From Verrucomicrobiota bacterium (lineage in GTDB: Bacteria; Verrucomicrobiota; Verrucomicrobiia; Limisphaerales; AAA164-E04): 64,000 nt of DNA. The DNA lies in assembly GCA_047947115.1 (NCBI GenBank), contig CP170459.1, positions 3,360,001-3,424,000 on the forward strand, read 5' to 3'. Under the pieces are notes generated by a model. The model was not told the origin of the DNA. It did no database searches and worked only from the letters and a program-made list of their open reading frames with translations. Numbering within the stretch: position 1 is the first letter of the stretch; each line of letters begins with the position of its first letter. This document shows positions 31,092 to 42,527 of the stretch, piece after piece. The position numbers and the translations under genes are program-made.

Positions 31092-32075
31092 TTAGTCTTT
31101 TTTAAAGGTCACATCACCTCCAGTGACACGTTCCAGATGTCCTGTAGGGTTCCGAATCATGAGCGCTCCTTCACTGTCCAATGATTCCGCGTAACCCTCG
31201 AAGGTACGGTCCATCTGGTGGATGCGAACATGTTTCCCCAGCGTGATGCATTGTGATTCCCATTCTTCAGCGACAGCTTCAAATTCACCTTTCAGGATGC
31301 GCTTGTAGTCCTGGTCCAGGGCTTCCAGCAAGCGCACCGCAAGAGTTGATCGCATCACGGGTGCTCCGGATTCCAATCTGAGCGAAGTGGCAATGGAATG
31401 AAGTTCGGGGGGAAAATCCGTTTCCTCCAGATTTACATCGACCCCGATGCCAAGCACGGCATGTAATACTCGATCCGGTTCCGCACTCATTTCCGTCAGA
31501 ACGCCTGCCACCTTCCGTCCATTGATGAGGATGTCGTTGGGCCATTTGATATCCGGTTTCAGATCGGTCACTTGCCGGATGGCTCGGGTCAGGGCGGTGG
31601 CGGCAATCACGGTTAATTGGGTCATTTCGGGCGGACGGAGCGGGGGACGCAACAGCACGGAAAACCATAGTCCTTTGTTTTGAGGTGAAATCCATTTGCG
31701 CCCAAGACGGCCTCTGCCATGAGTTTGGGATTCGGCAAAGACTGCCAATCCTTCATTTTCCCCGTTCAGCCCCATTTGGTCCACCAACTGATTGGTGGAA
31801 GCGGTTTCCCTGAAAATTCGAATGTCCCGTCCGAGAAGGATGTCTGGCGGTAGTTGTGACCGGATGTCATCTCCCAGCAGCACGTCGGGTATCGAGGTCA
31901 TCCGATAACCCGAGTGAGGTTCCGCATCTATGCCAAACCCCAGACTTCGCAGTTCCTCGATATGTGACCAGACGGCCGTTCGGCTGATGCCCAGCGTTTC
32001 TGAAATCGCCGTTCCGTGAATGCCGGTATCACCAGACTTTCGCAGCGCTCGAAGGATGTGCTGCAGGGTGCTCAT
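31092..32075 (-). CDS. birA: Bifunctional biotin ligase/repressor BirA
   Basis: N-terminal HTH (ISRTAVWSHIEELR), QTHGRGRLGRKW, KWPNDI, KVAGVLTE. Confidence 0.95.
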   Translation of the reverse strand: MSTLQHILRALRKSGDTGIHGTAISETLGISRTAVWSHIEELRSLGFGIDAEPHSGYRMTSIPDVLLGDDIRSQLPPDILLGRDIRIFRETASTNQLVDQMGLNGENEGLAVFAESQTHGRGRLGRKWISPQNKGLWFSVLLRPPLRPPEMTQLTVIAATALTRAIRQVTDLKPDIKWPNDILINGRKVAGVLTEMSAEPDRVLHAVLGIGVDVNLEETDFPPELHSIATSLRLESGAPVMRSTLAVRLLEALDQDYKRILKGEFEAVAEEWESQCITLGKHVRIHQMDRTFEGYAESLDSEGALMIRNPTGHLERVTGGDVTFKKD

Positions 32076-32935
32076 TCAAATGGGGGAAGCTGAAAATCCA
32101 AGGCGATGTCCACGGCGGGCGCCGAATGTGTGACGGCTCCCACCGATATGAAATCCACTCCACTTTCTGCGACCATTTGGATGGTTTCCAAATGAATGCC
32201 ACCACTGGCTTCGAGCTGACATCTGCCTTTGTTTGCCTCAACCGCCTGCTTCAGCTTGTCCGGCGACATGTTGTCCAGCAGGATGATGTCTGCTCCTGCA
32301 TCCATCGCGATAAACGCCTGCTCCAGTGTGTCGGCTTCCACCTCCACTTTGAGTTTTGGATACATGGTCTTTGCGCGCCGGATGGCTTCAGGAATGCTTT
32401 TGGTCGGATCAGAACCAAGTGTTGCCAGGTGATTGTCCTTGATCATGATCATGTCATACAGCCCAACCCGGTGATTGGTCGCGCCTCCGCAAGCGACGCC
32501 GTACTTTTCGAAGTGCCTCCATCCCGGGGTGGTTTTGCGGGTGTCCAGCAATTTGACTTTTGTTCCTACAATGCGGTCAAGATAACGGCGTGTGAGTGTG
32601 GCAACGCCGGACAAACGTTGGATGAAATTCAATGCAGTGCGTTCCGCGGTTAAAATGGCGGCTGCGCTGCCTTCTATCTGGGCCAGGCAATCGCCCGCTT
32701 CGAGCACATCTCCATCCTTGCGAAGCAAACGGATCGAGAGATGTTCATCCACCTGTTCAAACGTTATCCGGACAAAATCCATGCCACATAAGACAAGTTC
32801 TTCTCTGGCGCGCATTTCGGCTATGGCCATTGCTCCGTCCGGGATGACCGCCAAGGTGGTGGCATCTCCCGTTCCGACATCTTCCTCCAGAGCCTTTTGG
32901 ACGGCCAACTGTATTTCCTGTTCAACTAACTGCAC
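32072..32935 (-). CDS. nadC: Nicotinate-nucleotide diphosphorylase (QAPRTase)
   Basis: ALEED..GDATT, ERTALNF, DTRKTTPG, IKDNH, EVEAD, LLDNM, EASGGI. Confidence 0.96.
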   Translation of the reverse strand: MQLVEQEIQLAVQKALEEDVGTGDATTLAVIPDGAMAIAEMRAREELVLCGMDFVRITFEQVDEHLSIRLLRKDGDVLEAGDCLAQIEGSAAAILTAERTALNFIQRLSGVATLTRRYLDRIVGTKVKLLDTRKTTPGWRHFEKYGVACGGATNHRVGLYDMIMIKDNHLATLGSDPTKSIPEAIRRAKTMYPKLKVEVEADTLEQAFIAMDAGADIILLDNMSPDKLKQAVEANKGRCQLEASGGIHLETIQMVAESGVDFISVGAVTHSAPAVDIALDFQLPPFE

Positions 32936-32991
32936 GGGCTTGGACAGTAAGGAAGGGATTGAATTTTGAATAGTGATTTTTGAAACGTGAG

Positions 32992-34488
32992 TTACAAACC
33001 GTGTTCAGGTTTGGGGAGGGATTCGATAGGTGATCCGTCCGCGCGGCCTTGAGTCCAGGCTTTCAGGTTTTGCAATCGCTGAAGTCCGTTGACATAATAG
33101 TGGTCGGGCAGGGAATCAAGGTGATCCTGAAAACGGTGCTTGATCCTATCTGATAGATCTCCAGTTGCTTCCTTGTTTAACCACAGGTTTTGGATTACCC
33201 TGGCGAGTTCTATCCCGATACTTTGATGACCCTTAATGGTGGGATGCACATGATCCACCAGGAATTCACTGCTGGTGATCCCTGTGGGAGTGCTTAGCCG
33301 GGCAGTATGCTGCAAGTCATGAAACGGGACATGATGAAGTTCTGCAAGAGTCATCAGTGTCGTGCGCATGTCGGACCGGATCCGCAATGGGCATATGTCT
33401 TCCTCAAGCGCTTTTTCGAAACACAGCTTGGCTTCTTGAAATTTGCCGGTTTGATAAAGAAGATGACCGGTTTTATACCAGACCATGGCATGCCGGAAAT
33501 CCAATTGAAGAGCTGCTTTCAGGAGATTCAAAGCCTCCGTCATATTCCCATTTTCGATTTCAGTTGAAGCTGCGGTCAGTTTGTTTTCCCAGTCAATGAG
33601 TTTTGAGGAGTCAAAGTTTGTCTGATGTTGCGATTTGAATGGCGGGGAATCTTTGAGATTCACACAGGGACTGAGAAGCAGCATGGGGATGTTGGCTTTT
33701 TGGCAAGTTCGAATCATGCTTTGGACGTTCACCTGAAAATGTGCTTCCACGGACTGCCACCAGGTTTCATTTCGATGGTAGCGTTCAATGCCTCGTTCAT
33801 AATCCAACATGGCATCTACCTCGGGGCCCAGCATTCCCCTGGGTGTTTTGAAATGTGCCCACTTTGTTCCAAGGGTCAGGGCGGAGCGAACGACTGCGGA
33901 TTTGGAGAGAATCTGCAAGGCGGGCTCCAAGACAGGTAAAGATTTTTTCGTGTAAGTGTAGCTGCGATCTTCGAGAAACTCGTTGTTTCCAGTGCAGAGA
34001 AGTATCAGGTCGGGATCGTATTGCAGGCATTCTTTCAGTATGGGAACCAGTCGATAACTGGCATAGGACACCCCGCCACAATTGATGACCTCCACGTTGA
34101 GATCCGGGTGCGTTGTTTCTAGGGAGAGACGCATCCAGGTTGTGAACGAAGTTTCGATGGAATAGGGACGCCCTTGAACGGTGGATCCGCCCAAACAAAA
34201 AATGCGATAAGTGTTGGGTTGTTTGCTGGCAGTAAATCCGTTTTGAACGAAAGCGCGCAACCTGTCTTTCCGAATCTGGTAGTGGTCTGTTTGTTGGTTG
34301 AGTTCAAAAAGTGACTTTATTTCGCTGAACCCAACCAGCGGGTCTTCCTCCAGTCTGGCCCAGGATGGGTCAATGAGACTCAGCATGATTTCACCCACCA
34401 GCAAAGGGAGGCAAACCAGTCCCATGGCCGCAAAACGAAAGGGCCACTGTCCGCGCTTGGAGCGGTGCTTTAACGGTACCTGTTCCAC
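32992..34488 (-). CDS. Membrane-anchored SGNH/GDSL-like hydrolase with TPR insert
   Basis: N-terminal [25 protein letters not shown] catalytic blocks; TPR-like helices. Confidence 0.75.
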   Translation of the reverse strand: MEQVPLKHRSKRGQWPFRFAAMGLVCLPLLVGEIMLSLIDPSWARLEEDPLVGFSEIKSLFELNQQTDHYQIRKDRLRAFVQNGFTASKQPNTYRIFCLGGSTVQGRPYSIETSFTTWMRLSLETTHPDLNVEVINCGGVSYASYRLVPILKECLQYDPDLILLCTGNNEFLEDRSYTYTKKSLPVLEPALQILSKSAVVRSALTLGTKWAHFKTPRGMLGPEVDAMLDYERGIERYHRNETWWQSVEAHFQVNVQSMIRTCQKANIPMLLLSPCVNLKDSPPFKSQHQTNFDSSKLIDWENKLTAASTEIENGNMTEALNLLKAALQLDFRHAMVWYKTGHLLYQTGKFQEAKLCFEKALEEDICPLRIRSDMRTTLMTLAELHHVPFHDLQHTARLSTPTGITSSEFLVDHVHPTIKGHQSIGIELARVIQNLWLNKEATGDLSDRIKHRFQDHLDSLPDHYYVNGLQRLQNLKAWTQGRADGSPIESLPKPEHGL

Positions 34489-35330
34489 ACTTCAGGGACG
34501 GCCACCCACATTTCCGGACGTTTTGGATTGGCGTCCCAGTTTTCCTGAATCCAGACTTTTTCCTTGCGAATCTTTTCGGCGTGGCCGTCGTAGAATCCGA
34601 TGTTGGCTCCTTCATTGTGGCGGTAGAGCGTCGGGCCTCCGTTGCCGGCGTTTTTATAATCCTGCACGCTGCCGGTTTGGCCGAGTTTGTCCCATCCGGT
34701 GACATAATTGGCCCCTTTCCAGTGGGACCACCAGTCGTCGCCGTCATGGAAAATCAACTTTTCCGAAGGACTTTGCACGGCAGTCATCTTGTGGCCGGCA
34801 TGATCGCTGCTGGCCAGAGCCCAACCGCGACCGTCCGAGGGATACCAATCTTCGAAATTGTAACTGTAGCTGGTCAATGTGCCCCGATTCTCAGTGTTGG
34901 ATGCGTTGGGGTTGTTGTTGAAAGCAAACTGCGAGGGGTTGCGGATTTGCTTGTCTGCCGGGCATCGGTAGTCGATGGGGGTTTGGACGATCGAATTCTC
35001 GTTCCTGGAATACCCGATGATTTCGCGAAAGCTTTGATTGGCCATCCAGATTTGCGTGTTGCCCGTTCCCCGATTGAGAGCAATCAGGGGAACCGCCTGG
35101 TCGTCGTGGTCTGTTGAATACACCATGTTGGCAATGGAGAACTGCCGTATGTTGTTCAGACAACCGGTGGCATGCGCCGCTCCTTTGGCTTTGGAAAGTG
35201 CTGGCAACAGCATGCCTGCAAGGATGGCGATGATCGCAATGACCACCAGCAACTCGATCAAGGTAAAGCCTTGTCTGTGGACGTGGGTGGGGCGCTGCCC
35301 GCGCCTCGAGTGGCAGTTACAAGTTCTCAT
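34470..35330 (-). CDS. Prepilin-type cleavage/methylation protein with H-X9-DG motif
   Basis: [55 protein letters not shown]. Confidence 0.9.
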   Translation of the reverse strand: MRTCNCHSRRGQRPTHVHRQGFTLIELLVVIAIIAILAGMLLPALSKAKGAAHATGCLNNIRQFSIANMVYSTDHDDQAVPLIALNRGTGNTQIWMANQSFREIIGYSRNENSIVQTPIDYRCPADKQIRNPSQFAFNNNPNASNTENRGTLTSYSYNFEDWYPSDGRGWALASSDHAGHKMTAVQSPSEKLIFHDGDDWWSHWKGANYVTGWDKLGQTGSVQDYKNAGNGGPTLYRHNEGANIGFYDGHAEKIRKEKVWIQENWDANPKRPEMWVAVPEVWNRYR

Positions 35331-35389
35331 GGCAAAAATGGGTGATGAACTTCATCATAATGCAATTTGGTTGTTGGGGAAGTTGTTTT

Positions 35390-36862
35390 TCAAAATCTGT
35401 AACACGCGATGCTGTCATCGTTTCGGACGCAGATGACGTCTTGTGTCAGGGCGGGGTGCGACCAAACGATGGGGCGGATACGGAGGTCTTTCCCGTTGGG
35501 TTTGATGAGCTGCATGCGACCGAGTTCGTTGTAACCCTCTGGTGTTAATTCGCAGTCTATCAGGTATCCGGATTCGTTGAAGAGTAGGAATCGGTTGGCG
35601 GGACCATTTTTGATGAGGAAAACGTTGGCCCAACGCTCTTGCTTGTCGGGGTTGCCGGTGGTGACGTCCATTGTCTCCCACAGACGTTTTCCGGATGCGA
35701 TCTCGAGGCAGCGGAATTGACCATAGCTGCATACGCCGTAGATATGCCCCTGATGAAGGAAGGGCGTGCTCATGATGCTGTTGAGGTGGGTTGTGTCTTT
35801 CTCACTTGATTTCCTGGTTTGCCACAGAATGGTCGGAGGATCCTGTTTGAGATCCAGCATTGTCGAGCCGTCGTAGAAGCATGTGAAGTAAAGTTGATCC
35901 TTGTATTGCCTGGGCGTCGGAATCGACAGGGCGAATCTCAAGGGCCAGCGAATGTCCCAATGTGAGGTTCCATGACGGGGATCGATCGAGAAAATACCGT
36001 CGCCGCTCCATATGATGAGTTCCTTCCTGCCTTTGCGTTCGATCAGCGTGGGGGGAGCATATCCCATTTCTTTAAAATTCAACGCACGCCATTGTTCCTT
36101 GCCGCTTGCCACATCGAAGGCCACCACGCCTGCATTGTTTTCGCCTCCGACAAGGCATATGACGGTATTTCCTATCAGCAATGGATGCCCCGCAAATCCC
36201 CACAAAGGAGTTTTCGATTGATAGGTTTCCTTGAAATCCTTTTCCCAGACAATTGTTCCATTCTCGCGGTTCAGAACACTCAATCGCCCCTCGGCACCCA
36301 GTGCGATGACGCGGGTGTCCGTAAGTATGGGGGTTGTACGTGGGCCGGCTGGATAGCTGATGGTGTAAGTTTCCGGGTATCGGTGCTGCCAATTGATTTC
36401 TCCGGTTGCAAGGTCGAAACAAACGATTCCTTCGGATCCGGGAAGTGTCCCTCTGGCAAAAACATCGGTTGGCCCCTTTTCACCTCTGTTCAAATGCCAA
36501 TCCATCACCACGACCACATTGCCATCAATGGACGGGCCGCTGTAGCCGCTGCCAAGTTCGTGTTTCCAGGCAGGCTGGAGAGGTTTGTTGTTCAGGTCCA
36601 ATGAACGTTCTTCGTCTGCCCACACTGAATCCGCGCCGTCTCCCAACCAGGCTTTCCAGGATAAGTTTTCCCCTGCACTCAGTGAACTCACCGCATGGAT
36701 GCTCAGAAGGAATATGGCGAATGCGATTTGCATGGGATATTGGTTGGAACTTGGATTGAATGGATTTGTTTTCATGTTGGGTCGGTTTGGTTCTTCACTT
36801 GTTTGTGTGCTTTTGAACATCAAATGATCGGACACCTGTTTGTTTGGCGATGGGGCCGTCAT
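35390..36862 (-). CDS. PQQ-binding-like (BamB-type) beta-propeller protein
   Basis: W..WLG, GYSGPS, repeated x-D-x-x-TG-x-x-x-W blades, WSHPA C-terminus. Confidence 0.85.
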   Translation of the reverse strand: MTAPSPNKQVSDHLMFKSTQTSEEPNRPNMKTNPFNPSSNQYPMQIAFAIFLLSIHAVSSLSAGENLSWKAWLGDGADSVWADEERSLDLNNKPLQPAWKHELGSGYSGPSIDGNVVVVMDWHLNRGEKGPTDVFARGTLPGSEGIVCFDLATGEINWQHRYPETYTISYPAGPRTTPILTDTRVIALGAEGRLSVLNRENGTIVWEKDFKETYQSKTPLWGFAGHPLLIGNTVICLVGGENNAGVVAFDVASGKEQWRALNFKEMGYAPPTLIERKGRKELIIWSGDGIFSIDPRHGTSHWDIRWPLRFALSIPTPRQYKDQLYFTCFYDGSTMLDLKQDPPTILWQTRKSSEKDTTHLNSIMSTPFLHQGHIYGVCSYGQFRCLEIASGKRLWETMDVTTGNPDKQERWANVFLIKNGPANRFLLFNESGYLIDCELTPEGYNELGRMQLIKPNGKDLRIRPIVWSHPALTQDVICVRNDDSIACYRF

Positions 36863-36887
36863 TCAACCTCAGAAATCACTGATCATT

Positions 36888-38228
36888 TCATGGCTGCTTT
36901 AAGAGATGGGCGGGGCGTGTTTTGTCAAAGTCCGTGATGACTTTCTGCAGCATGGAAAAGATGGATCGATCTGCTTCCGAGGCAGCGTCTGAGGGGAGGG
37001 GTTTCAGATCATATGGTACACGACTGTCGAGAAATTCAAAAGGTGCATTTGATCCCTTGCGCCGAACAAGATGGGTCCTTGTGCGGGCGATGACCTGCGC
37101 TTTTTCCGTATTACCGTCGCGCGCATACCAGAAATAGGCCCATGGCTTGTTGCGACTGGAATGCCCTTGCAGGGTTGGCCATAAACTGACTCCGTGATGT
37201 GGGTGGTTGGTCGGGAGTTTGGCTCCGGTCACGTCGCAGATGGTCGGCAGGATATCGGTGAAATCAACGAGTTCATCGCTGACTGTTCCGGGGCTCACAT
37301 GTCCGGGGTAACTGATCATCAAAGGAACACGCGTGCCGTTGTCGTTCATCTGTCCCTTGCCGCCGGGGATTTTCCGGCTCATCCAGTCGCTGACCACCGG
37401 TTCGTCTGTGCCGTTGTCGCCGGTGAAGAGGATGATGGTGTTTTTTCTGAGATTCAGTTCGTCAAGTTTTGAGGTGATACGGCCGACGATGTTGTCCATG
37501 TGATGATCCATGTCCGCGAAATACCTGGCATCTCCCTTGTAGGTTTCGCTGCCGGGGGAGGTAGGATCCCAGTCGGGTGTTCCCGGGGTGGGGATGAAAG
37601 GGCAGTGTGTGAGGATCATCGGGTAATAGAGGAAAAAAGGTTCATCCTTGTTTTCCTCGATGAAATTCAATGCAAAATCCGCAGCGATATCGGGGCCGAA
37701 TTCTCCGTTGTTGAAGTCTTTGAATTCCCCGTTGATTTCCATGCGGGGATTGCTGAACCGCGTATCATGAGGTGAACCCTTACGTGTTCTGCCTCGCAAA
37801 TGTTGCCACAGGCAGGATTGTTCAAAACCAAAATGCTGCGGACTGTCCAGTTCCTTGCCCAGTTGCCATTTTCCAACAATGCAGGTGCGGTACCCGGCGT
37901 CCTTCATGATGTGTCCGAAAGTGGTTTGATTCCGGTCCAGAAAACCGAATCGTATGTAGTTGCGCACGTTATATATGCCGGTCATCAGTTTTACCCTACT
38001 GGGGGTGCAGAGCGGATTGGCAAATGCGTTGGTGAATCGCATGCCTGTGGCGGCCAGTTGATCCAGGTTGGGTGTTTGATACTTGTCCGCACCGTTGACT
38101 CCCAGGCATTCATAGCCCAGATCGTCGGCCATGATCAGCACGACATTGGGTTTTTCTCCCTGAGAGGAGAGGTGCAATAATAGGAAACTGAAGGCAACAA
38201 GCAGCCAAATGCGTGTGTTGGTGGACAT
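36888..38228 (-). CDS. Secreted Cys-type sulfatase
   Basis: Signal peptide, PNVVLIMADDLG, CTPSR formylglycine motif, GKWQLG, GDNG. Confidence 0.92.
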   Translation of the reverse strand: MSTNTRIWLLVAFSFLLLHLSSQGEKPNVVLIMADDLGYECLGVNGADKYQTPNLDQLAATGMRFTNAFANPLCTPSRVKLMTGIYNVRNYIRFGFLDRNQTTFGHIMKDAGYRTCIVGKWQLGKELDSPQHFGFEQSCLWQHLRGRTRKGSPHDTRFSNPRMEINGEFKDFNNGEFGPDIAADFALNFIEENKDEPFFLYYPMILTHCPFIPTPGTPDWDPTSPGSETYKGDARYFADMDHHMDNIVGRITSKLDELNLRKNTIILFTGDNGTDEPVVSDWMSRKIPGGKGQMNDNGTRVPLMISYPGHVSPGTVSDELVDFTDILPTICDVTGAKLPTNHPHHGVSLWPTLQGHSSRNKPWAYFWYARDGNTEKAQVIARTRTHLVRRKGSNAPFEFLDSRVPYDLKPLPSDAASEADRSIFSMLQKVITDFDKTRPAHLLKQP

Positions 38229-38369
38229 GCGCCTTTTATATCGACTTAGCTTGTCCTGGGTCAATCTTACATGGAATCCCAAACAGGAATGTGTATTCGC
38301 CGTCAACTCGAATCTGAACGTGGTTTTGGCGTGCAATATCAGGCCCTTGCCCTATCATTAAAGCATCCC

Positions 38370-38849
38370 ATGAAAGAAAAGATTGAATTCACATTAAACG
38401 GGAACCGGCGGTCGATTGTAGCGGAGACGCAGCGCACCTTGCTGGAGGTGCTGCGCGAGGATCTGCATTTGACCGGAACCAAGTATGGTTGCGGGGAAGG
38501 GCAGTGCCGGGCTTGCACGGTCCTGGTGGACGGTCGTCCCGTTCAATCCTGTCTGACGCCGGTTTTAATGGTGCAGGGAAAGGGTGTTTTGACCATTGAA
38601 GGATTGGCGGATGGCGACAGGCTCCATCCGGTGCAGGAGGCATTTCTTCAGGCGGATGCCATGCAGTGTGGTTATTGTGTGCCAGGCATGATCCTTAGTG
38701 CGACGGCATTGTTGGAGAAAAACCCATCGCCAAGTCGGGAGGAGATAGTTGAAGGAATGAATGGCAATTTGTGCCGCTGCTGTGGCTACGTGAATTTGAT
38801 CAGTGCCGTTGAGTTGGCGGCTCAGAGGAAAGGGAAGGTGGAAGCATGA
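38370..38849 (+). CDS. (2Fe-2S) small subunit of a xanthine/isoquinoline oxidoreductase family molybdoenzyme
   Basis: GCGEGQCRACTV, QCGYCVPG, NLCRC. Confidence 0.92.
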   Translation: MKEKIEFTLNGNRRSIVAETQRTLLEVLREDLHLTGTKYGCGEGQCRACTVLVDGRPVQSCLTPVLMVQGKGVLTIEGLADGDRLHPVQEAFLQADAMQCGYCVPGMILSATALLEKNPSPSREEIVEGMNGNLCRCCGYVNLISAVELAAQRKGKVEA

Positions 38850-41008
38850 GTCACTCTCAGGACGTCACCCGTTTATTATTTTCGGAACCGGAACGTTACG
38901 AACTGGACGAACCGGTCTACTATCAATTTCGTATGAATCGAAGGCAGTTCGGGCACGTTTTGGGGGCCGGGTTAATGCTTTCCTTCATGATTCCGAATGG
39001 ATTCGCCCAACGCAGCCGCCGTGGCTCCGTTCCAGGCCCTTCCGAACGCCTGCACATCGGGGAAGATGGTGTCATCACCGTGTTGACCAGCAAGGTGGAG
39101 GTAGGGCAGGGGGCCAGAACACAGATCACTCAGGCTGCCGCCGAGGAACTGGGTGTGTCCATAGCCCAGATTCGCGTTGTAATGGCTGATAGCTCGGTGG
39201 TGCCGGACGATGGGGGGACGGCAGGCAGTCGGACAACCCCTACGACCATTCCGTCCGTTCGTCAAGGTTGTGCGGCTGCCAGGAACCTGTTGCTGGATGC
39301 GGCTGCAAAATGGTTGAATGTGCCAAAAAATCATCTGGGGATTCAGCGGGGAGTGGTCAGTCTGATTCCAGGAAGACCTGGTCCTGCTTCCAGGACGTTT
39401 TCATACGCCGACCTTGTGAAAGGGGCGCCAGATAATGCTTTGACAACCCAGGTGCCGGCCAATGTGCGCTTGGTACCGGTTCAGGCATGGGCCGTGATGG
39501 GAGTGCCTGTTGGTAAAATCGGGGGACGGGCGATCGTGACAGGTCAGCATCAGTATCCCTCGGATATCATACGCCCGGGCATGTTGCATGGGGTGGTGTT
39601 GCGTCCGCCGGCCTTTGGTGCTGTTTTGAACAACATCTCGATGGAGTCAGTAGCCGGCATCAAGGATGTGGTGGCTGTGAAGGATGGAAACTTCATCGGT
39701 TTTGCCGCCGCCAACCGATGGGAAGCAAATCAAGCCCGAGCCAAGGTTGCTGCAACCGCTGATTGGAGCGATGTGCGTTCGCCGTCCAGCGAACAGTTGG
39801 CGGAAGGATTGAGGGATAAATCAAGGAACGGGCGCGCCAACATTCGAGGGAAGGGGACGGCTGGATTGGAGCATGCTTCAAAACAGTTGAAAGCCACTTA
39901 CTACATTCCTTACGTCCAGCATGCCCCCATGGAACCGCGCGCAGCAGTGGCCGAATGGGCTGGGAATACGCTGACGGTCTGGACCGGTACTCAGCAGCCA
40001 TCACGTGTTCAAGGTCAGTTGGCTGAAGCATTTGGGTTGAGGACGACTGACGTGCGAGTGATTGTTCCCGATACGGGAGGTGGTTTCGGTGGAAAACATA
40101 CAGGAGAAACAGCGGTTGAAGCTGCGCGGTTGGCGAAGGAAGCCGGGCGTCCGGTGTCGGTTCGCTGGTCGAGGGAGGAGGAGTTCACCTGGGCTTATTT
40201 TCGTCCCGCCGGGGTCATGGATTTGAATGGAGGATTGAATGATAAAGGAGAACTCACCGATTGGTCACATGTCAATATCAACTCAGGTGGATCGGCACTT
40301 GATACACCTTATGACATTCCCAATGTGTCCACCGAATATCGATCCAGCGATCAGCCTTTGCGCAGCGGGTCCTATCGAGCCCTGGCTTCGGTGGCCAATG
40401 TGTTTGCCCGGGAATGTTTCATGGACGAACTTGCTTTGGCGGCTGATCCGGAAATGGATCCCTTCGAATTCAGGATGCGATACCTGCCAGAAGGGCGTTT
40501 AAAGGATGTGCTCAAAGCCGTTGCGGATCGATTTCAGTGGGGTTCGCGGCGGCGTGCTGTTGCCGGGATGAACAACCGTGGTGTGGGGATTGCCTGCGGT
40601 ACCGAGAAGGCATCTTATTTGGCGACTTGTGCCGAGGTGAGGGTGGATCTGGATCGTAAACGTTATCAGGTGACAAAGATTTTTGTCGCATTCGAATGCG
40701 GTGCCGTGCAGAACCCCCGGAACCTGCACGCACAAATCAGCGGATGTGTTCTTCAGGGCCTTGGGCCGGTGATGGCCGAGGAAATGGAGTTCGAAAACGG
40801 AAGGATCCGGAACCCCAAATTTTCGCAGTATCCGGTGCCGCGCTTCAGAGACGTGCCTGAACTGGATGTCGTGGTGCTCAATCGCAAAGAATTTGACTCC
40901 GTAGGTGCAGGGGAAACGCCGATTATTGGGATCGCTCCCGCAGTGGCCAATGCCATTCACAATGCGTGTGGTCAACGATTGCGGTCCTTGCCTTTGAAAT
41001 TGGGGTGA
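38846..41008 (+). CDS. Molybdopterin-binding large subunit (IorB-like)
   Basis: Tat-like NRRQF near the N-terminus, EVGQG, HAPMEP, GGGFGGK, GAGETP; ATGA overlap with the small subunit. Confidence 0.9.
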   Translation: MSHSQDVTRLLFSEPERYELDEPVYYQFRMNRRQFGHVLGAGLMLSFMIPNGFAQRSRRGSVPGPSERLHIGEDGVITVLTSKVEVGQGARTQITQAAAEELGVSIAQIRVVMADSSVVPDDGGTAGSRTTPTTIPSVRQGCAAARNLLLDAAAKWLNVPKNHLGIQRGVVSLIPGRPGPASRTFSYADLVKGAPDNALTTQVPANVRLVPVQAWAVMGVPVGKIGGRAIVTGQHQYPSDIIRPGMLHGVVLRPPAFGAVLNNISMESVAGIKDVVAVKDGNFIGFAAANRWEANQARAKVAATADWSDVRSPSSEQLAEGLRDKSRNGRANIRGKGTAGLEHASKQLKATYYIPYVQHAPMEPRAAVAEWAGNTLTVWTGTQQPSRVQGQLAEAFGLRTTDVRVIVPDTGGGFGGKHTGETAVEAARLAKEAGRPVSVRWSREEEFTWAYFRPAGVMDLNGGLNDKGELTDWSHVNINSGGSALDTPYDIPNVSTEYRSSDQPLRSGSYRALASVANVFARECFMDELALAADPEMDPFEFRMRYLPEGRLKDVLKAVADRFQWGSRRRAVAGMNNRGVGIACGTEKASYLATCAEVRVDLDRKRYQVTKIFVAFECGAVQNPRNLHAQISGCVLQGLGPVMAEEMEFENGRIRNPKFSQYPVPRFRDVPELDVVVLNRKEFDSVGAGETPIIGIAPAVANAIHNACGQRLRSLPLKLG

Positions 41009-41019
41009 ATGCTCGCTAA

Positions 41020-41058
41020 AAAAAATCCCGACCGGTATGTTTCCGGTCGGGATTTTTT
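41020..41058. terminator. Bidirectional intrinsic terminator
   Basis: AAAAAATCCCGACCGG-TATGTTT-CCGGTCGGGATTTTTT, a perfect 16-bp inverted repeat between convergent genes. Confidence 0.9.
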
Positions 41059-41069
41059 GTCGAATGAGA

Positions 41070-42527
41070 TTAAACGTTCCGGACTGAAGGAACCTGAAAC
41101 TCCGGATTGTTGGGATCCTTGAGCAATCGATTGGCCTCATCGGCGTGCTCTCCGACGTGCTTTTCGGTGAGCGGATCGAAGGTCAGCCAGGGACCAACAA
41201 TGTATTCGTTGCCGTCCTCAGGGAGTCCGACACCGTTTTTCATGATGTCGTGTAACTTCAAGAAATGTTCGGTGGCGTCCTTGTTGCCTTGAAATTGACC
41301 GGCTTTCTCATTGAAAGCCATCCGCTGGCCGAGTCGGTAAGAGTTGTTCATGAGATGTCCCATCACACAGGCGTAGTGAGCATCCACCGCATTACCGTTT
41401 GCCATGTCCGGATCACCGGATCGACAGGCAGCGATGAAGGATCCCCAGTTGCCGCCGGGTGTCACGTCTCCATCGGGAATATCGAGCGCCTGGCCTTCAT
41501 TACTGCCGGGCGCATAGTATTTGCCGCGAATGATCTTACCACCATCTTCAAAGTAGTATTCATTTTCGACCTGACGTTGGTAACCGTCATAGTTGACGTT
41601 GCGGACATTGAAGAAGACCTGTTGTCCGTTGGGATATTCCGCAATACCGAACATGGTATTGGGGGTTTCGCCTTGATCCCCCCACTTGAAACGTCCGCCC
41701 AAGGCCATCGCGCGAATCGGATGGGTCTGATCCTTGTCGATCGCCCAACGAGCCACGTCGAGTTGGTGGGTGCCCTGGTTGTTCATGTCACCGTTTCCGG
41801 TCGCCCAGAACCAGTGCCAGTCATAGTGAACGTAGTTGTCGTGATATTGATGGATCACGGCCGGACCACGCCACATGTTCCAATCCACATTGGATGGGGC
41901 AGGGGCAGCATATTCGAATCCGATGGTATCACGTGGTTTGCAGCAATACCCGTAGGAAATCTTGAGTTTGCCATACTTGCCAGCCTGGATTTGCTCATGG
42001 AGTCCCGCGATTTTGGGATCACTTCGGCGTTGGGTGCCGTGCTGGATGACAACACCGTAACGCTTTTGTGCTTCGACTGCCACACGGCCTTCCTCCACGT
42101 CGTGGCTCATGGGCTTCTCCACGTAAACGTGTTTGCCGGCTTGAGCACCCCAGATGGTCATCAGAGAATGCCAGTGATTGGGCGTTGCAATGGAGATAGC
42201 GTCGACCGTCGGGTCGTCCAGGGCACGTCGGATATCTTTGATGCCTTGGCATTTATAAGCTCCCTGCACCTTGTTGTTGACGGAGGCGACGGTTGTTTCT
42301 CGCACGCGCTCATCCACATCCGCCAAGTAGGCGATTTCCACATTTTCCTGTCCCAACCAGCCACTGATGTGACTTTTGCCGCGACCGTTCAAACCGGCTA
42401 CGGCGATGCGCAGACGGTTGTTGGCACCAATGGCCCGCCCGGATGCCTTGGTTCCGCTCAGGAACACTGTGGCACCCGCAGCCAGCGTGGTGTTTTTCAA
42501 AAACTGACGTCGATTGAATCCACTCAT
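41070..42527 (-). CDS. Tat-exported Gfo/Idh/MocA oxidoreductase
   Basis: MSGFNRRQFLK twin-Arg signal, GLNGRG, ATPNHWH, HVYVEKP, GTQRRS, NQGTHQLD. Confidence 0.92.
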   Translation of the reverse strand: MSGFNRRQFLKNTTLAAGATVFLSGTKASGRAIGANNRLRIAVAGLNGRGKSHISGWLGQENVEIAYLADVDERVRETTVASVNNKVQGAYKCQGIKDIRRALDDPTVDAISIATPNHWHSLMTIWGAQAGKHVYVEKPMSHDVEEGRVAVEAQKRYGVVIQHGTQRRSDPKIAGLHEQIQAGKYGKLKISYGYCCKPRDTIGFEYAAPAPSNVDWNMWRGPAVIHQYHDNYVHYDWHWFWATGNGDMNNQGTHQLDVARWAIDKDQTHPIRAMALGGRFKWGDQGETPNTMFGIAEYPNGQQVFFNVRNVNYDGYQRQVENEYYFEDGGKIIRGKYYAPGSNEGQALDIPDGDVTPGGNWGSFIAACRSGDPDMANGNAVDAHYACVMGHLMNNSYRLGQRMAFNEKAGQFQGNKDATEHFLKLHDIMKNGVGLPEDGNEYIVGPWLTFDPLTEKHVGEHADEANRLLKDPNNPEFQVPSVRNV